A DNA stretch of 27,207 nt from Candidatus Sigynarchaeum calidifontis (GTDB lineage Archaea > Asgardarchaeota > Lokiarchaeia > Sigyniarchaeales > Sigyniarchaeaceae), in the NCBI GenBank assembly GCA_030587475.2, contig JAUQYZ020000085.1, forward strand, positions 1-27,207. Direction: 5' to 3'. The translations under genes and the position numbers were made by a program. A model generated the notes under the pieces. It was not told the DNA's origin and searched no databases. It saw only the letters and a list, made by a program, of their open reading frames with translations. Shown one piece after another: positions 1-9,280 of this stretch (position 1 is the stretch's first letter; the number at the start of each line of letters is the position of its first letter).

Positions 1-606
1 GTTCGACGAGACGATGAACCTGTTCCGGATTTGTGGATACCCTGGTTGCGGCACCACCGAGTTATTGTTCTTGTAGTAGGTCACGTGGTTCACGAAGTTC
101 TGGAGGGGGCCGCTGCTACCCGTTGCGTTGATCGTGATGTTCTGCACGCCGTGATTTGCCACGAGAAACGTATTGTTCATGTTGGGCCCGCCGTGGATTT
201 CATACGCGAAATCCTTCAAGAAATCCAATTTCGAGACGGATTGATCGTACACGGCAATGAATGGTCTGTGACTATCGTTGATAGCAAACGGGTAATTTAC
301 CGTGAGCCCGGAGATCGTTTCAGTTATGTTGACCGCGTTTCCACTTACGCCCGTGATGTTGTACTTGAGATTTGCTGACACCATGACCGTCGGGGCAAAA
401 TACGCGATCACCTCTCCCTTGTCATTTTTCGGCTTGTACGTGTTGTTGAACAAGAGTCGATAATTCAGCACACGCCCTACACCCCAGAGCTCGGAGTCCG
501 AATAGGCAACTTGCGCGGGCGCGATCGCCGAAACCGCTGACATGCAGATGGCGGCAAGCACGAGCGTGACCATGGCTCCCGTGATGATGCTGGTCCTCTT
601 GCTCAT
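1..606 (-). CDS. Secreted/surface glycoprotein, 5' part (runs off window; absent from ORF track)
   Basis: ATG at 606 overlaps the upstream gene's stop (ATGA). Frame is open for 202 codons to the window edge: MSKRTSIITGAMVTLVLAAICMSAVSAIAPAQ..., with a signal-peptide-like N-terminus and about 8 N-x-S/T sequons. Confidence 0.85.
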   Translation of the reverse strand, partial: MSKRTSIITGAMVTLVLAAICMSAVSAIAPAQVAYSDSELWGVGRVLNYRLLFNNTYKPKNDKGEVIAYFAPTVMVSANLKYNITGVSGNAVNITETISGLTVNYPFAINDSHRPFIAVYDQSVSKLDFLKDFAYEIHGGPNMNNTFLVANHGVQNITINATGSSGPLQNFVNHVTYYKNNNSVVPQPGYPQIRNRFIVSSN

Positions 607-1877
607 TTTTTCTCATCCTCGCTGGATTTCTTTTCCTCTGAAACCAGAGACTTTTCATCCGACTTGGTGGTTTCCAGCGCCTTTCGTTCCTCGGCGGTCA
701 GCTCTCTCTCGCCACTAGTCGCAGCTTCGGATCCCGCAGCCACGACCTCGCGCCCTGCCGTCTTCTTTTTCTTGCCGAGCGAGAAGAAGAGCACGAAATT
801 GAAGACCCACAAGCCGGCCACGAAGATCATCCAGAGCGTCGCCTCGGTCTCGTGTGGGATGGGGGAGTATGGCCACTGCGCGTAGGTGTCGATCTCGCTT
901 GCGGAAGTGAAATTGCCTGAAAGGAAACGAACCGACTGGAACAAGAAATAATTGAAGTACGGCCATAGATAGAACGGCTTGTTCGCGTCGTTACCTTTCA
1001 AGTCGTGGAGCACGCTCGTTCCTGGGATGGGTACCCTTGTCCAATAAGGCCCTACGCCCTGGGTGATATACTGCGAGAAATATGCCTTGATAGAACCGAC
1101 AACCATGGAAACCCAGAGAACCCTCCCTTTTGACGTTCCTGGCCCTACTTCCTGATATGCCACGAGCGGTTCACCCAAGGAAAATGATTTACCCACCAGG
1201 TTTTGCATGGGACGATACACGAGCACCTTCGCACTGGAGTTCGCATCGTTCACGAAAATACGTTCTTTCACGAGGGGGCTCGATTCCCAGACGACACTCC
1301 GCTGCAAGAGATTCGGGCTGGTAGCAGGCATGCCGTCGCTCCACAGATAATTGCTATTCACCTTCAACTCGATCTGGCCGACCCAATCCTGGTCCAGGTA
1401 TAACTCCTCCTCGATCGTGAACGGCATCTTGAACTCGACCGGCAGCATGTCCATAAAGAACAAGTAATCTGGATTCGATTCTGCGAAGATCTCATAATAT
1501 CCGCCCCAGATAAACAAGCCCTTCCCACTGGTGACGTTGTCGTTTAGATATTTGATATATTGCGGGTCTCGGGGCAAGTATCCGCACACGAAGAACACGT
1601 CATAATAATTCAGCTTGTTTTTCTGCGCTATGCTGCCGTTGTACTCGTAGGTGAGATTTAGCCGGTTGTCAAGACTTAAGCGATCCTTGATCGCAGTATT
1701 TCCCGGTTGCAAGAAAACGAGCACATCGGTTTTACTAGTCGAGGTGGCGCTTGGTGTTATGCTAGCTCTAACCACGTTCACCATCGAGCCGATGATAAAT
1801 CCCGCCATCACTAGCGAGATCAAGGCAGCATGTCCTCGTCGTTTCATGATTATCTTCTCGTCGGTTAGATCATTCAT
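603..1877 (-). CDS. Membrane-anchored extracellular protein, possible GATase-I-like fold
   Basis: 424-aa ORF with N-terminal hydrophobic segment, YDVFFVCG...GKGLFIWGG motif, N-glycosylation sequons, and a C-terminal TM (LWMIFVAGLWVFNFVLFFSLG) followed by KKKK and a charged tail. Start could be 1847. Confidence 0.75.
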   Translation of the reverse strand: MNDLTDEKIIMKRRGHAALISLVMAGFIIGSMVNVVRASITPSATSTSKTDVLVFLQPGNTAIKDRLSLDNRLNLTYEYNGSIAQKNKLNYYDVFFVCGYLPRDPQYIKYLNDNVTSGKGLFIWGGYYEIFAESNPDYLFFMDMLPVEFKMPFTIEEELYLDQDWVGQIELKVNSNYLWSDGMPATSPNLLQRSVVWESSPLVKERIFVNDANSSAKVLVYRPMQNLVGKSFSLGEPLVAYQEVGPGTSKGRVLWVSMVVGSIKAYFSQYITQGVGPYWTRVPIPGTSVLHDLKGNDANKPFYLWPYFNYFLFQSVRFLSGNFTSASEIDTYAQWPYSPIPHETEATLWMIFVAGLWVFNFVLFFSLGKKKKTAGREVVAAGSEAATSGERELTAEERKALETTKSDEKSLVSEEKKSSEDEKK

Positions 1878-1963
1878 AATGCGATGTCTTATACGATTGC
1901 TTTAACACATAAAAAGTTCATGTGGATAAAAGGATAGGAATTCGATCAGCCCAAGCCACACTG

Positions 1964-3220
1964 TTAGAATCCGCTGAAGAGATCTTCAATTACCGCCTTG
2001 ACTTGTGCTTCGTGCGATGGGAAATGGCTTGCGATGCTCATGGCGTGTTTCTTGAAGTCACCTATGCTAGTATTCTTCCCGCCATTTTTTCTCGAGAGAT
2101 AGGCTGCCCCGAACACAGCAAGCATGTCTTCTGCAAATTGGATGTTGTTTCTGCTTTCAACCTTGCCCGTGACCACGTCTGCCACCTCGTCGAAGAACAC
2201 GTCATCTTCGACCTTGGCCTTCGGGATCGGGAACTTGACGAGCCTCGTATTGCCGCCGGTGCCCGTGATCTTGATCGCGACGGCGAGCAAGAACGGCCTG
2301 GGGAAGCTTCCCACGACGTGCGGGAAGGAGAGCGTGCCCTTCGTGCCACGCGCCTCGTAAAAGATGTCGGTTCCGGCCGGCTTGCCCTCGAACCAGTCTT
2401 TCTTGTTCCATGATGCCTCGAGGTCGCCGGCGATGGTTCTGCCCGCGGGATCCTTCCACGTGATCGAGACGTGCGCGTCATCCTCGACGGTCACCTTCGC
2501 TACCGGGGCCCCCGCTATGGATCTTTCCGGGATGACTGCTTCAACACGTTTTGCTTCGACGGACTCGGGCACGCATTTTCCCCCGAGCCAGTACCACATG
2601 CCCGCGAAGGCGTGCGGCCCGATGTCGACCAGGGCACCGCCGCCCCCGTGTTGCCTGTCCCAGAGCACGGGGAGGTTGACCGTGTGCTTTGGATCCGAGC
2701 CCTGGTGCAAAATCCGGATCTTTTCCACGTCACCTATCTCGCCGCTCGCGATGAGATCGCGCCCCGCCTTGATGATGGGATGCCAGATGCCCTGCGTGTG
2801 CAACATGAACTTGCAGCCGTTTCCCTTCAACCGTTTCAGCACGTCTTGGTAGGCATCAAGCGACCACCAGTTGATGGCGAGTGGTTTTTCGCAGATAACA
2901 TGTTTCCCGCTGTTGACAGCGACCTTTATATTGTCCAGGTGATACTTGGGCGGGGTACAAATATCGACCACGTCGACATCCTTTACCATGGCCTCGTAAC
3001 TATCATATACTTTCGTTTCTTTGATGGCTGCATCGAGCAATGGGTTTTTATTTTTTGAAAGGAGCTTGACGTACTGATCTTTTGCTGCTTCCGCCAATTC
3101 CTTCTTAATGTCGTAAAAGCCCGCGATCATCGATTTTTTTGTCTTGGCAATGCCTGGAACGTGCGACGCCTTGGTGATGAAGCCCGCCCCGGTTATGCCG
3201 ATCTTGATTATGTCTTCCAT
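1964..3220 (-). CDS. Gfo/Idh/MocA family NAD(P)-dependent oxidoreductase
   Basis: IGITGAGFI Rossmann motif, DVVDICTP, HVICEKP, GGGALVDIGPH and VEDDA. ATG 3220 has GAGGAG 7 nt upstream; the ORF track starts at 3235. Confidence 0.92.
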   Translation of the reverse strand: MEDIIKIGITGAGFITKASHVPGIAKTKKSMIAGFYDIKKELAEAAKDQYVKLLSKNKNPLLDAAIKETKVYDSYEAMVKDVDVVDICTPPKYHLDNIKVAVNSGKHVICEKPLAINWWSLDAYQDVLKRLKGNGCKFMLHTQGIWHPIIKAGRDLIASGEIGDVEKIRILHQGSDPKHTVNLPVLWDRQHGGGGALVDIGPHAFAGMWYWLGGKCVPESVEAKRVEAVIPERSIAGAPVAKVTVEDDAHVSITWKDPAGRTIAGDLEASWNKKDWFEGKPAGTDIFYEARGTKGTLSFPHVVGSFPRPFLLAVAIKITGTGGNTRLVKFPIPKAKVEDDVFFDEVADVVTGKVESRNNIQFAEDMLAVFGAAYLSRKNGGKNTSIGDFKKHAMSIASHFPSHEAQVKAVIEDLFSGF

Positions 3221-3382
3221 CCATGGTCTCCTCATTTATCATTCGTGTTATTTCCAGATCTCCATTGCGGATTAAAAAACTCTTATTGGAGACGCGAGGC
3301 TTACTTGCATCAAATAACTGCCACGCGGTGGATGCGCTCGATACATCTGCCGCGTTATTCAGAAGCCACGAAATGGTTGACG

Positions 3383-5995
3383 ATGCTGACTGATAAACAA
3401 CAAAAGAAGGAGTTCAAGAAGGTCGCCTCGGCCGATCCGGATAAATACTATCCAACCAAGAAATTAAGGGCTGAAGGATTCACGCGAAAGCAATGCACGA
3501 GATGTGGCATGTATTTCTGGACGGTCGTCAAGACCCGCACGGTATGCGGTGATCCCGCTTGTAGCGGCGGGTTTGACGTCGTTTCCAACAACCCTGCCAA
3601 GGTGTCATTAACCTACGAGGGTGTCTGGAACAAGATCGTCGAGATGCTGCAACCTCGCGGCTACAAGAAGGTGGATCGCTATCCGGTCGTTGCCCGGTGG
3701 AACCCTACCATGACCTACACGATCGCCTCGATCGCCGCGTTCCAGCCTTACGTGATCACGGGCGAGGTCGAGCCGCCGGCCAAGAAACTCGTGATCCCGC
3801 AATTCTGCTTGCGATTCGGCGACATCGATAACGTGGGCATCACGGGCTCCCATTGCACCGGCTTCGTCATGATCGGCCAGCACGCGTTCCTATCTCGCGA
3901 GGAATGGAACCAGGAACAATTATTCACGGACATCTACGAGTTCCTCACGGTCGGCATCGGGCTCGAGAAGAACGAGATCACCATCCACGAGGACGCGTGG
4001 GCCGGTGGCGGTTCCTTCGGTCCCTGTATGGAATTCTTCTCCAGGGGTGTCGAGCTTTTCAACCAGGTGTACACGATGTTCGAGCAGACACCCGAGGGAA
4101 ACAAGGAACTCCGCCTCAAGGTCCTCGACATGGGCCTCGGCATGGAGCGGATCGCCTGGTTTTCGCAAGCCAAGCCGAACCTCTACGAGGCCACTTTCCC
4201 CGCCGTGCTCGAGAAGATGCGCGAGAGAACGAAAGTGGAACCTGACTTCGAGCTTTATAAAAAGTTCTCCCGATTCAGCGCCTACCTCAACGTTGACGAG
4301 GTGGACAACATCGAGGACGCGTGGAAGCGCGTTGCCAAGGAGATGAAGGTCGACATCAAGATCCTACGCGAGAAGATAATGCCAATGGCGGCCATTTACT
4401 CTATCGCGGAGCACGCCCGCGCGCTGCTCGTTGCCATCAACGACGGGGGCTTGCCCTCCAACACGGGCGGTGGCTACAACTTGCGCGTGATCCTGCGCCG
4501 TGCCTTGTCCTTCATCGACCAGTACGGCTGGGATCTTGACCTGGGGGAAATCGCGGCCTGGCATGCCGAGGAGCTCAAGAACCTTTTCCCCGAGCTGCTC
4601 CAAGGGATCGGCAATGTCAAGAAGATCCTGGCATTCGAGAAGAGGAAATTCGAAGAAACGAAGGAAAACGTCAAGCGCATTATCCAGCGGATCATCAAGG
4701 AGAACCAGGAGATCACCCTTGCTCGGCTACTCGAGCTTTACGACTCGCAAGGCATCGCGCCCGACCTTGTGAAACGAGAGGCGGAAAAAGTCGGACGGAA
4801 GGTCGACGTTCCTGATGACTTCTACAAGCGTGTTAGTGAACTTCATGAAAAGCAAGAACAAATCCACGCGACAAAACGTCAAGCAGATATCGACCTCGCA
4901 AATGTCCCCGATACCGAACCCCTCTATTTCGACGATTATACCAAGCTCGAAGCCAAGGCCAAGGTGCTCAAGATCTCGGGAAAATACGTGGTTCTCGACC
5001 GCACGACCGCCTATCCGACATCAGGCGGGCAGCTGCACGACGTGGGCACGATCAACGCGCAAAAGTTCGTCGACGCGTTCAAGGATGGCGGGGTCATCGT
5101 GCATGTCATGGAGAACCCGCCGTTGTTCAAGGAGGGCGACACGGTGACCGTCAAGGTGGACAAGGCGTGGCGCGACCAGCTAAGCCAGCATCACACGGCG
5201 ACGCACGTGGTGAACGCGGCGGCACGGGCCGTGCTGGGCAGCCATGTTAACCAGGCCGGCGCCAAGAAAACCCTCGAAAAGGCACACCTTGATATAACCC
5301 ACTACGACTCGCTCTCCAAGGACGAGGAAAAAGCTATCGAGCAGGAGGCAAACCGCATCGTGAAGCAGAACATCAACATCGCGGCGAGTTTCATCCCACG
5401 CAGCCAAGCGGAGCAAAAATACGGCATGTCGATATACCAGGGCGGGGCCGTTCCCGGCAAGAAGCTGCGCATCGTGGCGATCGGCGATGGACTCGATGTC
5501 GAGGCGTGTGGTGGGACGCACCTGCACAGCACCGGCGAAATCGGGACGATCAAGATAATCAAGAGTTCCAAGATACAAGACGGCATCGTGCGTATCGAGT
5601 TCACGGCCGGCCCGGCGGCGAAGATGACAGCCAAGCAAGAAGGAAACCTGCTCGATGAAACGGCAAAGATCCTCGGCGTGAAACCGACGCAAGTACCTGC
5701 CCGCGGAAACGAGATCTTCTCGAAGTGGAAGAAACTCAAGAAAATCGTCGGCACGGACAAGGATATCCCCGATGATGTCCTCGTGCTCACGGACACGACC
5801 GAGTCCAAGGGTGACCCGCTGGCCGAGATCGCCGAGATCTTCAAGACGCAACCGGAACACGTGCCAAAGAACGCGGAGAAGTTCTTGAAACAGTACAACG
5901 ATCTCGTCGAGCAAGCACGGAAGCAGCTGGCCTCGAAAGGGTCACCCAAGCCCGCAAAAGCGAGCCCCGCAAAGCCCCAACAGAAGAAAAAGTAG
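3383..5995 (+). CDS. alaS: Alanine--tRNA ligase, archaeal type
   Basis: N-terminal CxxC...CGDxxC, YPVVARW, ASIAAFQP, QFCLRFGDIDNVG, DMGLGMER, and editing-domain QHHTATH and EACGGTH. Probable start ATG 3383 (MLTDKQQKKEF), 870 aa. Confidence 0.97.
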   Translation: MLTDKQQKKEFKKVASADPDKYYPTKKLRAEGFTRKQCTRCGMYFWTVVKTRTVCGDPACSGGFDVVSNNPAKVSLTYEGVWNKIVEMLQPRGYKKVDRYPVVARWNPTMTYTIASIAAFQPYVITGEVEPPAKKLVIPQFCLRFGDIDNVGITGSHCTGFVMIGQHAFLSREEWNQEQLFTDIYEFLTVGIGLEKNEITIHEDAWAGGGSFGPCMEFFSRGVELFNQVYTMFEQTPEGNKELRLKVLDMGLGMERIAWFSQAKPNLYEATFPAVLEKMRERTKVEPDFELYKKFSRFSAYLNVDEVDNIEDAWKRVAKEMKVDIKILREKIMPMAAIYSIAEHARALLVAINDGGLPSNTGGGYNLRVILRRALSFIDQYGWDLDLGEIAAWHAEELKNLFPELLQGIGNVKKILAFEKRKFEETKENVKRIIQRIIKENQEITLARLLELYDSQGIAPDLVKREAEKVGRKVDVPDDFYKRVSELHEKQEQIHATKRQADIDLANVPDTEPLYFDDYTKLEAKAKVLKISGKYVVLDRTTAYPTSGGQLHDVGTINAQKFVDAFKDGGVIVHVMENPPLFKEGDTVTVKVDKAWRDQLSQHHTATHVVNAAARAVLGSHVNQAGAKKTLEKAHLDITHYDSLSKDEEKAIEQEANRIVKQNINIAASFIPRSQAEQKYGMSIYQGGAVPGKKLRIVAIGDGLDVEACGGTHLHSTGEIGTIKIIKSSKIQDGIVRIEFTAGPAAKMTAKQEGNLLDETAKILGVKPTQVPARGNEIFSKWKKLKKIVGTDKDIPDDVLVLTDTTESKGDPLAEIAEIFKTQPEHVPKNAEKFLKQYNDLVEQARKQLASKGSPKPAKASPAKPQQKKK

Positions 5996-6015
5996 TACCT
6001 TTTAGCATTTTTTTA
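5986..6015. terminator. Oligo-T/oligo-A tracts between convergent alaS and aminotransferase genes
   Basis: T-runs on + follow the alaS stop; an A-rich run (T-rich on -) follows the aminotransferase stop. Typical of archaeal intrinsic termination. Confidence 0.4.
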
Positions 6016-7209
6016 TTCCTTCAGTTCCGCGAGCACGGCATCCAGGGCGTCGACCACCTGCTTGGCCTGCTCCAAGGTGATAACGAGCGGCGGGAGTAGC
6101 CGGATGACAGTCATCCCCGCGGTAAGCACGAGGACACCGCGCTCTTGCATCTTCTTGACGATGTCTGCGACCTTGCCCTTGAACTGGATCCCGATCATGA
6201 GCCCCTTGCCTCGGATCTCTTTTATCGATTGATATTTTTGCCGTAATTGTTCAAGGGCCGGGAAAAGGTACGTGCTAACCTTGTTGACATTGTCGAGCAA
6301 TCCTTCGTCATGGAAGATGTTGAGGTTCTCGACCGCCACGGCGCAAGCGAACGGGTTTCCGCCAAACGTGGTCCCGTGCGAACCCGTGTCTACGGCATTC
6401 ATTATCTTGTTCGTGGTTATCGTTGCACCCATCGGGACACCGGCGGCGATCCCCTTGGCAATGCACAGGATATCAGGAGTCACGCCGTAGTGCTCGAAGC
6501 AGAAAAGTTTCCCCGTTCGCCCGAACCCGGTCTGGATCTCGTCAAAGATAAGCGGCACGTCCTTCTGCGTGCATAACTCGCGCAGCGCCTTCACGAACTG
6601 CAGATCAGCCGGATATACCCCTTGTTCCCCCTGGATCAGCTCCAAGATGACGCAAATGGTGTTGTCTTTGAGCAAGGCCTTGACCGACTCGATGTCGTTG
6701 AAGGAGGCATGCTTGACGCCGGGGATCAGCACGAAGTCCTGGCGGTAGCGTGGCTCGAACGTGATGGCGAGGGCGCCGAGGGTGCGACCATGGAAAGCAC
6801 GCTTGAACCCGATGATTTCCTTGTCCTTGATGTTTTTCTTGTATTTCATTGCGAACTTGAGCGCTGCCTCGACTGATTCCGTTCCCGAATTGCAGAAAAA
6901 CACGCGTGTCAAGCCACTATCCTTGGGCATGAGGTCAACGAGGCGCTGGATGAGTTCCGCGCGGGATTCATCGTAAAAATGGCCGCAAGTGATGGGACGA
7001 CCTGCGTGCAAGTAATCACAGATGGCCTTGGTGATGCGCGGGTGGGCGTAACCGATGACTGCCACGCCGTGGCCGCCGACACAGTCGATGTACGCCCGGC
7101 CGTCTTGCCCGTAAAGCACCGCGCCCTTGCCCTTGAGAATGGGTACCTTCTTGTTGAACTGACCGCTGTCGTGAGCGTTTTCGGTCGCTATGATTTTCTC
7201 CATATCCAT
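6013..7209 (-). CDS. Class III PLP aminotransferase, ArgD/LysJ type
   Basis: FFCNSGTESVEAALK, FHGRTLG, IFDEIQTGFGRTG, PLP lysine in IAKGIAAG, HGTTFGGNP, IRGKGLMIG and IRLLPPL. Start likely ATG 7209 or 7203. argD versus lysJ cannot be resolved by eye. Confidence 0.92.
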   Translation of the reverse strand: MDMEKIIATENAHDSGQFNKKVPILKGKGAVLYGQDGRAYIDCVGGHGVAVIGYAHPRITKAICDYLHAGRPITCGHFYDESRAELIQRLVDLMPKDSGLTRVFFCNSGTESVEAALKFAMKYKKNIKDKEIIGFKRAFHGRTLGALAITFEPRYRQDFVLIPGVKHASFNDIESVKALLKDNTICVILELIQGEQGVYPADLQFVKALRELCTQKDVPLIFDEIQTGFGRTGKLFCFEHYGVTPDILCIAKGIAAGVPMGATITTNKIMNAVDTGSHGTTFGGNPFACAVAVENLNIFHDEGLLDNVNKVSTYLFPALEQLRQKYQSIKEIRGKGLMIGIQFKGKVADIVKKMQERGVLVLTAGMTVIRLLPPLVITLEQAKQVVDALDAVLAELKE

Positions 7210-7393
7210 CGGCGGTTCCTTCCACGAGCATGTTGCCGCGTGATAATACGTGAAAAATAGCACCAGGATTTAATCCTTTCCCGCGCGGCGTGGTTCCACG
7301 ACTGCACGTCGTCCCGGTCGAGATAGCACGGGGAAATACGTGCAAGAAGCCTTCCGGCCGGGCGAGCCGGTTGGGAAGGGAATGGCAGGTAGT

Positions 7394-7987
7394 TCATCCT
7401 AGATTGGCTATGGGATCGACAGTCGCGATATCCCCGTACTTGGCCTTGAAATCCTGGATGTTTTTTTCGATTATCCGGATGGCACGCTCGGGACCGAGCC
7501 ACTCCTTGACACGGGCGTATTTCGGGTTTTCGAGATTTTTGTAAGTGCGGAAGAACTCGGCGATCTCGTCGAGCACGTGTTTCGGTATCTCCTTGATATA
7601 ATCATAACCGGAATAATGGGGATCGTTGATGGACACGGAGAGGATCTTGTTGTCGATGCCTTGCTCGTCCTCCATGACGAGTACACCGATGGGTTTTACC
7701 ACGATCAGCGTTCTCGGGGCAGTTGCATGCGAGATGAGGACGAGAATATCGAGCGGGTCGCCATCTTCCGCCAACGTGCCGGGCACGAAACCGTAATCAT
7801 GCGGATACACGACGGACGAGTGCAAAACCCGGTTCAATAAAATCAAGTTCGTGGTTTTCGAGAGTTCGTACTTGATCTGTGATCCCTTTGGACACTCGAT
7901 GATTGCGTACAAGCGTTCTGGTGGGTTGGGGCCCGGTTTGATATGCTTCCAGATCAAAAAGTCGGGGGAACATGCGTTCGATGTCAT
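7394..7987 (-). CDS. ppa: Family I soluble inorganic pyrophosphatase
   Basis: IIECPKGS.IKYE, YPHDYGFVPGTLAEDGDPLD (DxDPxD), DEQGIDNKI and FFRTYKNLE. Confidence 0.96.
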   Translation of the reverse strand: MTSNACSPDFLIWKHIKPGPNPPERLYAIIECPKGSQIKYELSKTTNLILLNRVLHSSVVYPHDYGFVPGTLAEDGDPLDILVLISHATAPRTLIVVKPIGVLVMEDEQGIDNKILSVSINDPHYSGYDYIKEIPKHVLDEIAEFFRTYKNLENPKYARVKEWLGPERAIRIIEKNIQDFKAKYGDIATVDPIANLG

Positions 7988-8088
7988 GGCGCTTCAAGTC
8001 AAGAAAATCGGCACGAGAAAGATAAATACATGCTCATGCCATGATTCCGGTCTTGTGGGATTGCCGAGCGGGGCTTGTAAAACTGGCA

Positions 8089-9252
8089 TCAAACGGCGAT
8101 CCGCAGTTCCTCGCAAACAACGGCATTGTATCGCTGGAGCATGGCCACGTTTATCGTGCGATCCTGGCCATCACGAACCACGAGGCCGAGCTCCTCTAAT
8201 TTCTTGAGATGGTACTGGATCGCGCCGTGATAGACTGGCGGGATGATGCTCTTGGCAAGCTCGACGAGTGTGGAACCCGGGTTCTTGATGAGCAGCTGGA
8301 CCAGCTGGCGCACGATGTCGTTGTACATGACGACGACGAGCTCGGCTATTTTTTCGTCTTCCTTGAAGGACGGCGCGAAAAAGTTCCAGAGTTTTCCGAA
8401 CTTGTACTTTTTCACGAGTTGGAAGCGATCCAAGACGAGCACGTGCTTCAAGAACGGGTTTCGAGTGATGCCTAGTTTTTGTTGGACGCGTTCATCCCGC
8501 GCGTGCGTGCCCGGGAAGGATTCAAGGAATCGAATGATGTCTTGATAGAGCTTGTCGTTTAATATCTCCTCTTTCGTTCGGCGCTCCGCGGTGACGATCC
8601 ATTTCTGCTCCTCGAGGGCCTTGAGCGTGTCGATGATGCGTTCCTTCGAATACCCTTTTTGTGCTTGATATTTGGCCAGGCAATCGCCGACGATTTTCTC
8701 GACCATCGGCGTGTAAGGATCGAAGCCGATGTCGGCTTCGAATCGTTTTTTCTTCAACGAGTTCTTGGCGACGCGCAGCACGTCTTTTTCGATATCCGTG
8801 AGATCCTCGTACTCGACCCCGGCGAGGTCGTCAGGTTCTTCTCCGGTCGCAGCAGCCGCGGCATGGTTCAAGGAGCCGGCGGGAAAACTAATGGGTTCCT
8901 CTGCCGCCTCTGGCTCCATCGATTGGGGTTCAACAACGAAGCCGCCACGCACAGCATTTTTCGCTGCTGCTTCCGCAGCCGCGATGGATATCGGCCGTGG
9001 CCTTGTTTTTCCCTTGGAAGGCAAGATCGGCTCGAGCTCGGAGATCGACACCGGGTCTCTTGCAAAGGGCGCTGGAGCAGGAGCCGGTGTGGATGGCATC
9101 GCAGCGGTGGAAGGTGCCCCCCGCGGTGTTGCTAGCCCCGGTGAGGCCTTGTCTTGCTGGGGCTGGTGTTGTGGCTCTAGCCCTTGCTCGGGCGCCGGCT
9201 TCTCGGCGCTTGGCTTGGCCTTCTTCTCCCGCTTCCGTTCCATCTCGGCCAT
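8089..9252 (-). CDS. Winged helix-turn-helix regulator (tandem wHTH) with Pro/Ala/Glu-rich disordered N-terminus
   Basis: Two wHTH-like units: IIRFLESFPG...HVLVLDRFQLV and LVQLLIKNPGSTLVELAK...IQYHLKKLEELGLV. The first ~145 aa are low-complexity. Confidence 0.78.
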   Translation of the reverse strand: MAEMERKREKKAKPSAEKPAPEQGLEPQHQPQQDKASPGLATPRGAPSTAAMPSTPAPAPAPFARDPVSISELEPILPSKGKTRPRPISIAAAEAAAKNAVRGGFVVEPQSMEPEAAEEPISFPAGSLNHAAAAATGEEPDDLAGVEYEDLTDIEKDVLRVAKNSLKKKRFEADIGFDPYTPMVEKIVGDCLAKYQAQKGYSKERIIDTLKALEEQKWIVTAERRTKEEILNDKLYQDIIRFLESFPGTHARDERVQQKLGITRNPFLKHVLVLDRFQLVKKYKFGKLWNFFAPSFKEDEKIAELVVVMYNDIVRQLVQLLIKNPGSTLVELAKSIIPPVYHGAIQYHLKKLEELGLVVRDGQDRTINVAMLQRYNAVVCEELRIAV

Positions 9253-9280
9253 GCGCGTGCCACTCGGGTCGGTTTGCTCC

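Noticed and set aside
3161-3382. 74-aa N-terminal extension of AlaRS in the ORF track
   Set aside because: Overlaps the divergent oxidoreductase gene and promoter region; homology-like sequence begins at MLTDK (3383).
3608-5949. Long antisense/alternate ORFs over alaS, and similar ones over the Gfo, EEP and 9281-11095 genes (e.g. 8729..9685, 9698..10690, 14780..15649)
   Set aside because: Shadow ORFs caused by high GC3 codon bias; they lack motifs and fully overlap well-supported genes.
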